Shown here: positions 28,791 to 42,999 of the stretch, piece by piece
How positions within the stretch are numbered: position 1 is the stretch's first letter
Layout of the letters: each line of letters begins with the position of its first letter
Assembly: GCA_964016885.1 (NCBI GenBank)
Contig: OZ024742.1
Span: 306,528,001 to 306,592,000 of the forward strand
Reading direction: 5' to 3'
From: Eledone cirrhosa
Lineage: Eukaryota
DNA length: 64,000 nucleotides
The notes under the pieces: model-generated
Told to the model about the DNA's origin: nothing
The model's input: the letters and a program-made list of their open reading frames with translations, nothing else
The model's database searches: none
Position numbers and translations under genes: made by a program

Positions 28791-29910
28791 AAAATAGAGA
28801 GAGATAGATATAGATAGAGATAGAGAGAAAGAAAATAGGTAGTTGGGTACCAGTTGAATGACGTATCAATGATATATTTATTTATTTATTTATTTATTTA
28901 GTTCTAGTATTAAGGTAGAGAGAGATATATGTGGTTAGGAGAGAAAACAGCCGTTACATAGAGAGAAAAGAAAAATATCCAGATATAAACGAGGCAGATT
29001 TAAAACATTATGTTTCATCAATATAAAAATATCAATTCGTATGAATTAGGTATTATAATGTAAATATGAGTATTCATGAATGAGACACGTATCAATAATG
29101 TGTGAAAAATAATGATCATATGTCTAGTTTAAAATTCCTAGGTTTATATCAGAACTGAGATAAAAAAATGAGATATAAAAAAAACTGAGATAAAAAACTG
29201 AGATAAAAAACTTCAAAAAAAAATTGAAATACATAAGTATATATGCACTTTCATGAAAAAAGAAAAAGAAAAAGAAAATAGAAGGTTATCCCAGATTCGA
29301 TACTATAGACTTCCATGTGAATTTACGTGATCAACTCTGCAAATTCCTATTTCACATGAAAACATTCTCATTGTGCTATAAAAATTCTAGTATACATATA
29401 TGTGTACATACACACAAATATATATAGAATCTACATTAATTTTAACAATACTATTCTTGCCTTTACTCTACATGATTATCGTTCAAGCATAAATAGACAA
29501 CAGATATCAATATATCAATAAAAATATCAAAAAATTAAAAAATATTAAAAATAAAACACAGTATGCCCTGCAAATCAACCACAGAGATCAATCCTTCAAA
29601 ATTAATTGACAATATATTGCCAAGTTCATTATAAGCATCATAATCAAAAGAATACAAAACCAAAATTATTTACCAAATCCTGTCTAGCAGAAATCATTCC
29701 AAAAGTTTAGGATACCCATTTGATCTACAGATGGTCTTATATTTATTATAGAAGTTTATCTAGTGTAAAATTTATTCGATATATTTGGAGCATCAGCTTT
29801 TAGGGTAGTTTAATTATTCATGAAGAATGTTTAAAAAAAAAAAAAAAAAAAAGAAATCGAAAGATTTATCGGCGAGTTTCATAAATAATTATAAATCATA
29901 AGTAAATATA

Positions 29911-32144
29911 CTACATTTTAAATTTATATTTATATTTAAAAGTTGAGTTCAATCTATGTCTGCAGCAACTGAATAAATTTGTCCGTAAATTAAGGGAATT
30001 TTTAGATTTTAGTATAAAGAATATCTCCTCCGCGCAGAGGTCACATGTCTCAGAGGATGAATTAAAAGGAATCCCTCTTGAGACTATATTCCAAGCCGTC
30101 GAATATCCAACGTTATCATGCTTAAGTTGCCAGAGTAAGCCTGATAGTGATGTTGAAGATTTTTTGCTTGGATCTGTGAAAGAATTCTTGTGGTTATTAT
30201 AGCGAAGTTTAAATTCTGTCGAGGTGAAACCAACATAGTTAAAAGAATTTAAGTCCGCTTTAACATTACAGTTGTATATTATATTTTTAACTAAGCAATT
30301 GTTATTTAACGGACATTTAGATCTATCTCTACAGTTACATTTGTTTACTTGGATATTATTTATGCTATTATCGGTATTTTGGCTAGGTTTTAAATTCCTA
30401 TTATTTATTCTATTAATATTTTGTGCTAAATTTTTGGTGGATGAGTAAGTTAATTTTATAGTATGTCTATTGAAAATTGAGTGATACCTATGTGTTCTAG
30501 GGAAGCGATTATCAAGAGCATTAAAAAATAGTTTAGCGATGTGGATTTTAATGTTTAGTGAGAAAGGAGGGGGGGGGGGGGGCAAAACATATTATATTCC
30601 TAGTTCTATTTCTTTTTTGGCTTTTGGAATTATTGTAATGCTTTCTATTATAGTTGTTAAAGTTGTTGCCGTAATTAAAATTGTTGTTATTTTGGTTAGT
30701 TTGTCTATTATTATCTATGTACATAATTTTATCACTATATCCTGCTCTAGCTAACGCTACATTGTAATACTGGGCTTTTTCGTCGAAAATCTTTTTATTA
30801 GATGAGATTCTAGAGATACGTTTTTGAACAGAGTTCACTATAGTATTTTTAACAGATCTGGGGTGGTTAGAGTTAAAACTGACATAGTTTAAGTTTTCAT
30901 TCAACTTGTGAAATGGATAGTGAAGACATGTGTTGAGATTTAATGTTACATCTAGGAAATTGACTATTCTATGGTTATTCTCAATTTCTATTTTTAGATT
31001 AAAGTAATTAAAAAATTGTGTAATTTGTTTTCTTTTTCTATTTAGTTCAGAGTTATTATTTTCAATAAGTAAAAGCATGTCATCTCTATATAAACCTCCG
31101 GTAGCACCGGGTATTTTCCTATGCAGCGAATTGATTATAAATAGGCCCACAAGGTCAGTTACCTGAGCTGAGTCGGATGATCCCATAGTAATGTCGAAAT
31201 TGTTATCTCTATCTGCTCTGGTCCATAGTTGGTCATTAAATTCTATCAATGTTTTCCTAGCCGATAATATAATGTGCATTTCATTGCTAGTTAGGTCTGT
31301 ATGTTTGAATGCGTACTTTTAGTGCCTTATTTAGTAGATTAGGGGTAATAGATGAATAATAGTTAGCAATATCTAGTTGAATAAATTTATTATTATTGTT
31401 ATATTTAATTTCTTTAAACCACTCAATAATCTCTCCAGTTCCCTTCCACAAGCTCAAGTTAGGTAAACAATTCAAGTTTTTAATTTGCTGTATCACCCTG
31501 TCTAGAATGTTTTTGCTTAGTTTACCCAGGTCAGATTTTGATGGTGCAATCAATCTGACTGGCAGGTCATTTTCAAAATTTCTTTTATGATCTTTCATAT
31601 TGATCTTCGGTTTCCTGGGCACGAAAGGTTGTGTTCTGTTCTCAATTTCCAACTCATGCATTATACAAGATGCCTCAACATTCATTTTCTCAAGCTCGGC
31701 CTTATCTGCTACCTTGTACTTTTTCCTCAGTTCTTTCAGTATGAGGCCATTATACATGTCTTTTTGCACTCCATAGAGGTTGTTGGTCTTGTCAGATTTC
31801 ACCAAGATCTTCTCAGTTTTCTCTAAGCTCTCAATATTATCCTTAATGCCTTTCAGATATTCCTGGCCTTTGAAGTTTCTCTTGAATTTGACTCCTTGTA
31901 TGATAGAAATTATATCGTTTTCAAAGTCAAATAAAAGTTTGTTGGGGGGTGGATTTTTTTTAGATTTGAAAACTTTGTCTAAGTCCGAGACATTTTCATT
32001 TATATTAGATTTATCAAAGTGGAATGCACGCCACCTGATTCTCCTTATAAAAGAGTCCGATTTATCTATTAATTGTTTAATAAAGTCTTTGTTTCTAGGT
32101 AGAGGTATGTCTTTTAAAGAGGAAGAAATCTTAAAGAATTCCAT
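29911..32144 (-). CDS. PLE RT + GIY-YIG polyprotein (~740 aa), interrupted by two homopolymer frameshifts (~31318 and ~30575)
   Basis: FIRRIRWRA, KSDKTNNLY (DKT), KDHKRNF, FIQLDIANYYSSI, FDITMGSSDSAQVTDLVG, GGLYRDD, VNFLDVTL, SNHP, CNCRDRSKCPL, IIYNC...YVGFT...FKLRYNNH, CDLCAEE, CCRH. Confidence 0.9.
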
Positions 32145-32514
32145 TTTTTAAGTTATAATATAAAGCGCTCAACAGTATTGGAGCAAGATATATGCAAAGT
32201 TTTATTTAAATTGTTGGGTTACAACGAGTAAATATTTATAACTGATATAAAAGCACTCAACAAGTATTTGGAGTATATTTATGGAGTATATCTATCTCTC
32301 TCTGTTTCTTTACATGAATTTCTTCTCTCTATCTATCTCTCTATATCTATCTCTCTCTGTTTAGTTGCATGCATTTCTTCTTTTTCTTCGCTTTTTTTCT
32401 TTCTTTCTTTTTATAACTGTCCCTAACATTTTTCACTACCAAATCAACTTTTTAAATGGAAGTTGAAGTTGTAAGGTATGTCAAATCTATCTATTTATAA
32501 GACTGTTTATATTG

Positions 32515-32580
32515 TATTTTGTCTGAAGAAGGCATACCATATTTTTAATATGATATCCCTGAAATATATATAATGAAACA
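32515..32580 (+). ncRNA. HHR in the inverted pseudo-LTR
   Basis: Mirror copy of 28416-28481. Confidence 0.8.
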
Positions 32581-32620
32581 AATATGGTTTTATAAATATA
32601 GTTTCCATTTATTTAATATC

Positions 32621-33541
<921 letters not shown>

Positions 33542-33542
<1 letters not shown>

Positions 33543-33726
33543 ATAATTGTTTCTACTTTAGGCACAAGGCCAGCAATTACCCAGTGCATTACTGGTACTT
33601 TATTTTATCGACCCCGTAAGGATGAAAGGCAAAGTCAACCTCGGCGGGATTTGAACTCAGATCGTAAAGGGACGTAACTATGCTGGAAAGCATGGCGTCC
33701 GACCCTCTACCGATACTGCCAATCCA
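33542..33726 (-). mobile_element. SINE
   Basis: Nearly identical to 61201-61387. Confidence 0.9.
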
Positions 33727-33729
33727 CTA

Positions 33730-33968
33730 TAGTAATAATAATAAATTTGAAGACTAAAATGCTAGAAGACTAATAATGACGTATTATATTCGTTTTTCCC
33801 GTTCTTTGCCAGGGAACGTTTCCACGAACCAAAGTATCGTCCTCCTGTCTTCCTCCGGTTGCAACGTTTTTTGAAATATCCACTTCTGCGTTTACAGATT
33901 GACTTTGTTAGTTTCAGAAGATCCCGTAAAGCAGCGATTTTTTGCTTAAACTTTAATCTGTTATTTTA

Positions 33969-33975
<7 letters not shown>
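33730..33975. mobile_element. Family A fold-back (tail arm + 3' arm)
   Basis: 33730-33765 matches the 3940 tail. 33773-33975 is the reverse complement of 9243-9450. Confidence 0.85.
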
Positions 33976-34002
<27 letters not shown>

Positions 34003-34008
<6 letters not shown>

Positions 34009-35704
34009 ATACTTGGGGAGGGTTATATTTGTGTAATATTGCCAGAATTAATGACAGAACACACTCACTGTTTGGTTGGTTTTCGCTTCTCGCTTCTGTG
34101 TCTTTTATATCGGTAATCTAACTTACTCGGTCCTCAATGTTGCCATTGACTGACCGACGGTCAAAAATAATACAGATACAATATAGACACAAACACATAT
34201 ATATAGTTTATCATAAATCTTTCGTTGCACATCTGCAACATCGTTAGTGGTGTTATATCTTCCTCCTGTTGTATTGTATGTCTACGCCATTTTTATTCAG
34301 TCTGTCTATATATTTATTTATGTATTTGCTTGCTTGTTTATTTTATTTTGTCTTCTTTGCGCATGCGTTTGCGTGTGTGTATAGTGTTTTGTTTGCTGTG
34401 TGATGGGTGACTAGTGTGTGTTTATGTGCTTGTTGTTATTGTGCTTGTGTATGTATTTATTTATTTATTTATTTTATTTTATCTACTTATTTATACTTCT
34501 CTTAGGTCAGTGTTGTTTGTTTGGGTGTTGTTGTTATTCCATTCATTCTTTCACTTTAGCCTTGGTCTTCTAATTTCTATTGGTACAGTGGGTTTTCTTA
34601 AAAGGGTAGGTTTTGCTGATCAGGGATTTTATGGTGGTTCCTGGCTTTTCTACCACCTTTATTTTTAAGTGGGTCTTTCTCAGGGCCTTTCTATACTGGT
34701 TAGCTAATTTCCCTCCAGGGGTGGCGTCCACAAACATGACACTCTGGTATCTCTGGTTGTCGTACCAATAGGAAATGTTTCATATGTAAGGTGAACCCCC
34801 GGATAAACTGTAAAACTAGAAAGGTAGTCTATAGCATGAGATGTACAGAGGGTACTTGCAGAAACATGACAACAACATACATAGGTGAGACAGCTCGTAG
34901 CATAGGTGAAAGGATAGACCAACACTGGGGGAACTAAAAGGACGAAAAAACGGGTCAGTACTATACGAACATGCTAGACAACAACATGACGGTAACATAG
35001 ACAACATAGAAATTAGAATAATATCTAAACATAGAAATGACCCAGCAGATAGGCAAATCAGAGAGGCCAGTGAAATAGAAATTAGAAGACCAAGGCTAAA
35101 CAGAAAGAATGAATGGAATAAAAACAACACCCAAACAAACAACACTGACCTAAGAGAAGTATAAATAAGTAGATAAAATAAAATAAATAAATAAATAAAT
35201 ACATACACAAGCACAATAACAACAAGCACATAAACACACACTAGTCACCCATCACACAGCAAACAAAACACTATACACACACGCAAACGCATGCGCAAAG
35301 AAGACAAAATAAAATAAACAAACAAGCAAATAAATAAATATATAGAGAGACTGAATAAAAATGGCGTAGACATACAATACAACAGGAGGAAGATATAAAA
35401 CCACTGACGATGTTGCAGATGTGCAACGAAAGATTTATGATAAACTATATATATGTGTTTGTGTCTATATTGTATCTGTATTATTTTTGACCGTCGGTCA
35501 GTCAATGGCAACATTGAGGACCGAGTAAGTTAGATTACCGATATAAAAGACACAGAAGCGAGAAGCGAAAACCAACCAAACAGTGAGTGTGTTCTGTTAT
35601 TAATTCTGGCAATATTACACAAATATGACCCTCCCCAAGTATAACAATATTTGTTTCGACACACGATTTCATATAAAAAACCTCGCAAAACTAATTCATC
35701 GCCG

Positions 35705-35707
<3 letters not shown>
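34003..35707. mobile_element. Fold-back PLE of Neptune/Nematis type (family I) with GIY-YIG remnant
   Basis: Arms 34003-34580 / 35074-35650. Minus 34760-34580 reads SVMFVDATPGGKLA...IKVVEKPGTTIKSLISKTYPF...HC. Plus 34761-35120 reads TNRKCFIC...CKTRKVVYSMRC...C...YIGETARSIGERIDQH...LYEHARQQH...RQIREA...LNRKNEW. Confidence 0.85.
35400..35441 (+). ncRNA. Possible HHR (family I)
   Basis: ACCA-CTGACGA-T-GTTGCA GATG TGCAAC-GAA-AGATTT-A-TGAT. Stems I and III are weak, and the mirror copy has CTAACGA. Confidence 0.5.
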
Positions 35708-35784
<77 letters not shown>

Positions 35785-35814
35785 GAAATAAGAAAGAGAT
35801 ATAGAGGAGGAGTC

Positions 35815-35958
35815 AACACCACTACTAGACTGCTACTTTTTTATCGATCTTGAAAGTATGAAAACCAAATTTGACCTCCGCGGGATTTGAACTCAGAGAC
35901 CAGAGAGCCGGAACGAATACCATAAAACATTCTGCCCGACGTTCTAACAACTGTGCCA
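35815..35958 (-). mobile_element. Diverged SINE
   Basis: TTTATCGATC...GGGATTTGAACTCAG resembles the SINE family. Confidence 0.7.
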
Positions 35959-36559
35959 AAATATATGCTTCTCATGTTCTCCTCTCAGTCAACTTATGCT
36001 CTGGCAAAATTAACACTTTTCCCTCAGAAATGTTTCATATGCTTCACATATAATGTATTCATAGTTTTTAGACTTTACTCATCAGCCTCGTCCACATGAC
36101 GATTCTGAAAGTGTACATGTGCAAATATCCATCGTTTCGTGCATCCTTTTCCACATGGGACGATATTTGTTCATCAAATTTCAGCCTAGCAATACTTAAC
36201 GTCTAAATTATGATATTCATGAGGCTCATGTTTCTAGAGATCGGGGGACGAATCGTGTCAGACTTCCGTGAGTATCTAACGTTTCTTAACGGACAGCCAT
36301 GAATGGTGAGGCTTAGATCCTCTTAATATTTGCATATATCGATATTATATTGAGCATATATAAATATTAACTTCGTTGTAGTGTGACTAAATTCCTAGAA
36401 ACTAATAGTAAATATATAAAAATAGTGTCACATTTACAGCATATTAAAATAGGATGTTGATTCAACTATGCCTATTACATCTATGTAGATATACACACAC
36501 ATATACATATATGTATATTTATGAGAGCCTCTCTGTCTGTGTGTGTCAATGTGTGTGTT

Positions 36560-36605
<46 letters not shown>

Positions 36606-36616
36606 GACACACACAC

Positions 36617-36656
<40 letters not shown>

Positions 36657-36801
36657 GTGTGTGTGTCTGTATATATATATATATATACAGCATACTGGTG
36701 CGTGTGTTTCTTATTGGCAACATGACCCTCCCAAAGCATAACAATATCGGTTTCCACACACGTTTTCAGATAAATAATCTTGCTAAACAAATTCAGAAAG
36801 G

Positions 36802-36857
<56 letters not shown>

Positions 36858-36861
<4 letters not shown>

Positions 36862-37529
36862 AAAAGAATGAAATGAAATGAAATTTCTCACTCTTAGTAC
36901 GGCTGATACTTGAATGTAATATGTACACGTACATACATATATGTATACAGACGTACAGTAGTATGTATATATATACATACATGAACAGATATATATATAT
37001 GTACGTATGCGTTTACCGAACATTTATTATAATGTTCGGTTTGTTTGTAATCAAACAGCCCGAATTAAGCCGTACAGTGTTCGGCAACCATCGTCGCCCT
37101 TTTGTTCAACACTGACAAAGGAACGATGAACTAATTTCAAGATTATTAGCTATCGTTAGCATCGTATACCTTCCTGCCAGATGGTTGAACGTTTGAAAGT
37201 ATATACTTTCCTTATGCATATTAACGGCTGAGCAGCCTAATCTGCATATCGAGTGAGTTAGTTGGCCGGGCGTACCGAAATCGACTATCTCACTCGATAT
37301 GCAACTCACTCGTTCCTTTGTCAATGTTGAACAAAAGGGCAACGATGGTTGCCGAACACTGTACGGCTTAATTCGGGCTGTTTGTTTACAAACAAACCGA
37401 ACATTATAATAAATGTTAGAGTAAAACATACGTACATATATATATATATGTGTGTTCATGTATGTATACATATACATACTACTCTACGTCTGTATACATA
37501 TATGTATGTACGTATACATACTTACATTC

Positions 37530-37530
<1 letters not shown>
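36858..37530. mobile_element. Family B fold-back, HHR core mutated (CTAACGA, 37123-37165 -)
   Basis: Homologous to 16304-17040, with equivalent long and short termini. Confidence 0.9.
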
Positions 37531-37587
<57 letters not shown>

Positions 37588-37701
37588 TAGATTGAGTTTG
37601 AAACTCAAAATAGTTTTTTGCTACTAAATAGCTCAAAGAAGGGAATCTTTCCGAGCCGTGTAATATAATTAATTATATGAGAGGGATGAACACCGATAAT
37701 A

Positions 37702-37737
<36 letters not shown>

Positions 37738-37989
37738 TTCAAAAATACACAGTGACTCTTCGGCCCCTGATTTGCATATTAGCAAACTGGCTGATCAGTT
37801 AGATCTGCATATTAGCAGATCCATTGCAGTTCTGTTCGCATGCCATCATAAGAGCAGGAATGAAGCGTTCATTCTACTCACATGGCTATAAAATTGAGGC
37901 TTGTCTGCATAATTGCAAACGAATCGAATGTTATTATTAATATTCGAAAAACTCAGATTACATTTATATATATATATATATATATATAT

Positions 37990-38168
37990 AAGGTTATCCC
38001 GGGTTCAATCGAGGGGAACCACAGTAAGTAAGGTACTCAATACAAAGCAGAGTATAAATGTTTACTATAGAAAAGCTTCTACGGGACTAAAACTGTTTCA
38101 TTCGTGAGAAATCGTCATGACGATTTCTCACGAATGAAACAGTTCTAGTCCTGTAGAAACTTTTTTAT
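37990..38168. mobile_element. Family J fold-back, centred inside the HHR core
   Basis: Centre TCGTCA|TGACGA. Each arm reads TGACGA-TTTCTCACGAAT-GAAACAGTTYTAGTC. The left arm carries the tail. Confidence 0.8.
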
Positions 38169-38172
38169 ATAC

Positions 38173-38269
<97 letters not shown>

Positions 38270-38299
38270 TATGTATATAGCGATATATATATTATATAC

Positions 38300-38355
<56 letters not shown>

Positions 38356-39276
38356 GAGAGAGAGAGACATTTCCAGATCCATCTGGCCCACCATTTGAAT
38401 GAGAACTGACATGTAGTTATGACTGACACCGTGTCACTACCAACGATGTTATTGACAAATGAGATTTGGAAGACGGATACTTTACCTTTTCCATCACGAA
38501 TGTCTGGGTAAAATCTAAACAGCCACACGAATAAAGGAAACCTCTTGTTTTATATTTGTAATTTATAGAAATAATTGAACATGTATACATCATGAACACT
38601 ACGATTATGAAATTTGTAGAAATGTGTTTCCTTTTAATCAAATTTCTACAAATTTCATACGACACAATACATAATAGATGTATAATTACTGTTTGTTATA
38701 CAATATATAACATAAATAATGCACAGAACTTAAAACTTCAATGAAAGGATTTTGCTTGTATAATGTCTGAAGATTTGTTGTCCGGAGAATTATTCATTGC
38801 ATTATTTTCAAAGTTTTAGTGAGACACATAGGTCGAGAGACATTGTTCGAATTTTCCTTTTACCCTTGTAAATGTCTAATGATTCCTCAGGTTATTTATT
38901 ATCATACGATCTTACCTCGAACTTTATCTTTAGTTTATATTGCGGGGTATTATTTCCTTTTATGATTATGATGATAATGCCTTTGGTGTCGTGAGTGTCC
39001 TTAATGTATGTTTCTTTAGATACTTCCAGAAAAGCAAGAAATTCTTAAGAATAGATACAGTGTTCCATTCCATTCATGGAGTCAATTTACAATGCTTCTA
39101 TCTTCTATCAATCTACTTAATTTCCGTATATATTCCGTTGTTGTTTTAACTCAAGGGCATATTTCCAAGTGCTTTTTTACATCGGCAGTGTCCAAGCCGT
39201 TTGAATGACCTATATATCTGCATTTGTTTGAATCGTCTATCGTATTTTAAATTACTCTATAACTACGAGAGAACTG

Positions 39277-39316
<40 letters not shown>

Positions 39317-39739
39317 GCGTGTGTGTATGTGTGTGTATAAACATGCATACATTCATATATACATACATATATATCACTAGTATATATCACTAGATTATAC
39401 TTTTATCATGTTGATATTTGCTGCACTTTTAACTTAATTTAATGATAAATATTCAATTACTATTGCTGCAAACATTTCTTTTGCCACTGGGTGTTTAGAA
39501 AATAGTAAAACGATATGTGCTTTACATTCTTTGGTCACTGAAACTAAATGAATTTATATCCTTGGCTACAGAAAAAATCTTTTGAGAGTAAAGTTGTTTG
39601 TATCTGAATTGTCAATTTTCGCGTAAATATATATTTATATGATGTATTTATATTTTAGTGGGGTAATATATATATAAGAAAATTGCAAACTTGACTGTCA
39701 CCACTGAATATGAACCTGAAAATTGTGAAACATAGGATA

Positions 39740-40483
39740 AAAATTAAGAAAATAAATACAAACCGGAATTGTGGTAACTACCAATCACCCAGACAACTTG
39801 TTGTTATTTCGCAAATTTAATTGTGAATAGAAATACTAATCCAAGCTCATCAGTAGGTGATACATTGGTATCCTAGACACATCTATGTATGCTATATATA
39901 AAAAATAAAACAGCGCACATGGCATCCTCGCGAGTCTCAGAAACCCACACCACTAAAAATAGCAGCCAGGTTTACTCGACATTTGAAATAGGTCAACAAA
40001 TTAACGGAGCCGAATATATTAAATGTATATATTGTATAATTGAGGAACTATGAAATGTATAAATGTATAATTGAGTAACTCAAAATAGTATCTTACAACA
40101 AAATAGCTCTAAGAAAGAGATATTTCTGAGCCGTATATCATAATAGAATATAAAGAAAAGCGAACACAGACATACAGATATATGTGTTCAAATCGTAAGG
40201 GACCTGATTCGCTAAGGTGAAAAGAATACTAACTATAGACAATTGGGTTCGCTTGTCTCAATTTAAAAAAAGATTAAGAAAATAAATACAAACCGGAATT
40301 GTGGTGATTGGTGGTTACCACAATTCCGGTTTGTATTTATTTTCTTGATTTTTTCTTAAATTGAGACAAGCGAACCCAATTGTCTATAGTTAGTATTCTT
40401 TTCACCTTAGCGAATCAGGTCCCTTACGATTTGAACACATATATCTGTATGTCTGTGTTCGCTTTTCTTTATATTCTATTATA

Positions 40484-40487
<4 letters not shown>
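39740..40487 (-). mobile_element. Family E: 530-nt HHR unit (partial tandem) plus inverted arm
   Basis: ATTAAGAAAATAAATACAAACCGGAATTGTGGT at 39743 and 40273. 40304-40487 is inverted. Confidence 0.85.
39784..39861 (-). ncRNA. Type-I HHR (family E)
   Basis: ATCACCTA-CTGATGA-GC...GC-GAA-ATAACAACAAGTTGT-C-TGGGTGAT. Confidence 0.85.
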
Positions 40488-40515
<28 letters not shown>

Positions 40516-40728
40516 GTATATATAAGTGTAACGATGTAAATAACAAAGTGTGTAGATAGTTGGTCTTTAAAAAACATACACACACGTGTATAGTATGTGT
40601 TTACCTATGTCTAAGCATGAATACATATATCCATATATCCATACATATATATATATATATATGTTATCTTCACCTGAGAATATGCAAAAACATATATACA
40701 CACGCAGACATTCGCTAGCTTTATATAA

Positions 40729-40773
<45 letters not shown>

Positions 40774-40924
40774 AACAAGTTATCGTTTTAGGTAATCCAG
40801 TTAGATGTTGTGAGTACTCTGAACTATGGATAGTTTTAACGTCCGGCCTTTAGACAATTAAACAATTGTTATTACTGTAAATAAAAGCCTTTTTGTACAG
40901 CCCACCATGTTATTCTTCACTCTT

Positions 40925-41025
<101 letters not shown>

Positions 41026-41256
41026 CTATATATATATATATATATATATGTAAACTTTTATATGTAATAATCTCCCACTAGGTTGAGATACACATTTGGC
41101 TGTATTGTGCTGTGCTTTCTAGCAAAAATGCCACTAGTCGTAAGCAACTACCACACTCCTTCCAACTTGACCGCGACTACGTCACGATTTTTAGCCATTT
41201 TGAAATGAATTCTTGGCGCGATCGTTTTGGAAAATTTAATGTCTAGATATGAGCGA

Positions 41257-41344
41257 GCTTCCTGAAGAATCCGGCGCTCGAGTTTATATAATTATTACAT
41301 AATTATTGGAAAACTCAAAACACGGACGAAACCATGGTAGAGGT
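41257..41344 (+). ncRNA. Type-I HHR
   Basis: GCTTC-CTGAAGA-ATCCG...CGGAC-GAA-ACCATGGT-A-GAGGT. Palindromic stem III. Confidence 0.8.
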
Positions 41345-41915
41345 ATTTAAATGTATTCTATTTTCTCCTAGTTTATTTTAAACCTAAGTCTGCTTAGTTG
41401 ACTGTATCTAGGCGATTACGCTGTCGAAATATTCGATAAATATTCCGCTACGGCCGACGCGAAACGCTAGTTTTGGTTATTTGTCGGAGATTCCTTCATA
41501 GAAGCGTCATTCGTATAGCCTGGTCTATTCGATTTTTTATATAGTTAATTATGCTAATTGAGAGAGGAAATAGTAAATATTTTATCTTGTGATTCTATAG
41601 ACATGTTTTATGATATATAGCTCTGATTGTTTAATTTATTAATTTTTCATTGAGCCAAAAAGTGACCAGTTGCAAAACACGTATGTGTATGTGTATGTAT
41701 ATATATATGTAAACTTTTATATGTAATAATCTCCCACTAGGTTGAGATACAAATTTGGCTGTATTGTGCTGTGCTTTCTAGCAAAAATGCCACTAGTCGT
41801 AAGCAACTACCACACCCCTTCCAACTTGACCGCGACTACGTCACGATTTTTAGCCATTTTGAAATGAATTCTTGGCGCGATCGTTTTGGAAAATTTAATG
41901 TCTAGATATGAGCGA

Positions 41916-42003
41916 GCTTCCTGAAGAATCCGGCGCTCGAGTTTATATAATTATTACATAATTATTGGAAAACTCAAAACACGGACGAAACCATGGTAGA
42001 GGT
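41916..42003 (+). ncRNA. Type-I HHR (second unit)
   Basis: Identical to 41257-41344, 659 nt downstream. Confidence 0.8.
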
Positions 42004-42500
42004 TTTTAAATGTATTCTATTTTCTCCTAGTTTATTTTAAACCTAAGTCTGCTTAGTTGACTGTATCTAGGCGATTACATTTAAAGATGAATATATGTGT
42101 GTCCCAAGTTGTAAGCCAATGAAATGTTTGTTTCTTTATTTATTCGCTAAAATATGCATAGGAGCATATTACGTTGAATTTGAAGGCCATAAGGCAATAG
42201 TAACATCTGTAACCCTCTCCCCTTCACAATCTCTTTTTTTCTTTACTTAATATTCCGTGCTCTTTCAATCATTTTCATTTCATTTATGTCATTTATAGTC
42301 TTTTCCTTCACTTTGCCATACAGCCGGATCTGCCCTTCTTTATCACTTCCTCCTTTTTTCATTACTTAATTTTATTTTTATCTTCTTTTTAATTTTTCCA
42401 TCATTGTATAACTGCCGTTTGTAAAATATAGTTGACATGCTTATTTTATTATATTAAATTGTTGTTTTAAATTAAAATAAATATATATATGAAAGAAAGT

Positions 42501-42545
<45 letters not shown>

Positions 42546-42551
<6 letters not shown>

Positions 42552-42999
42552 AAGGAAAAGCGAAGTAGTTTCAGATGTTCAAGTCCTTTAATAATAATTG
42601 TTTCTACTTTTGGCACAAGGCCAGCAATTTCCCAGTGTATTACTGGTACTTTATTTTATCGACCCCCGTAGGGATGAAAGGCAAAGTTAACCTCGGCGGG
42701 ATTTGAACTCAGAATGGCAAGGGCCGTAACTCTATGCGTCAAAGCATGGCGTCCGACCCTCTACCGATACTGCCAATTCACCGCCATAAAGTTTCAGATG
42801 TTCAAGTCCTTTAATAATAATGGTGTGATATATATTTCAATGACGACAGTGTCGTCATTGAAATATATATCACAGCATTATTATTAAAGGACTTGAACAT
42901 CTGAAACTACTTCGCTTTTCCTTATTCGATATTTACTCCGACACTCCTATGTGGAAAAAGTACGTTGAGTGCTTGAAATGAATTGCATCAATGTTTACC

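Larger units (their letters stand above)
41049..42078 (+). mobile_element. 659-nt head-to-tail non-coding HHR repeat (~1.55 units)
   Basis: 41049-41419 is nearly identical to 41708-42078. Homologous to 8490-9068 and to the inverted arm at 5885-6062. Confidence 0.9.

Noticed and set aside
29911-32144. Selenocysteine recoding (known in some Naiads)
   Set aside because: No in-frame TGA at Cys positions in the PLE ORFs here; the breaks are frameshifts or TAA/TAG.
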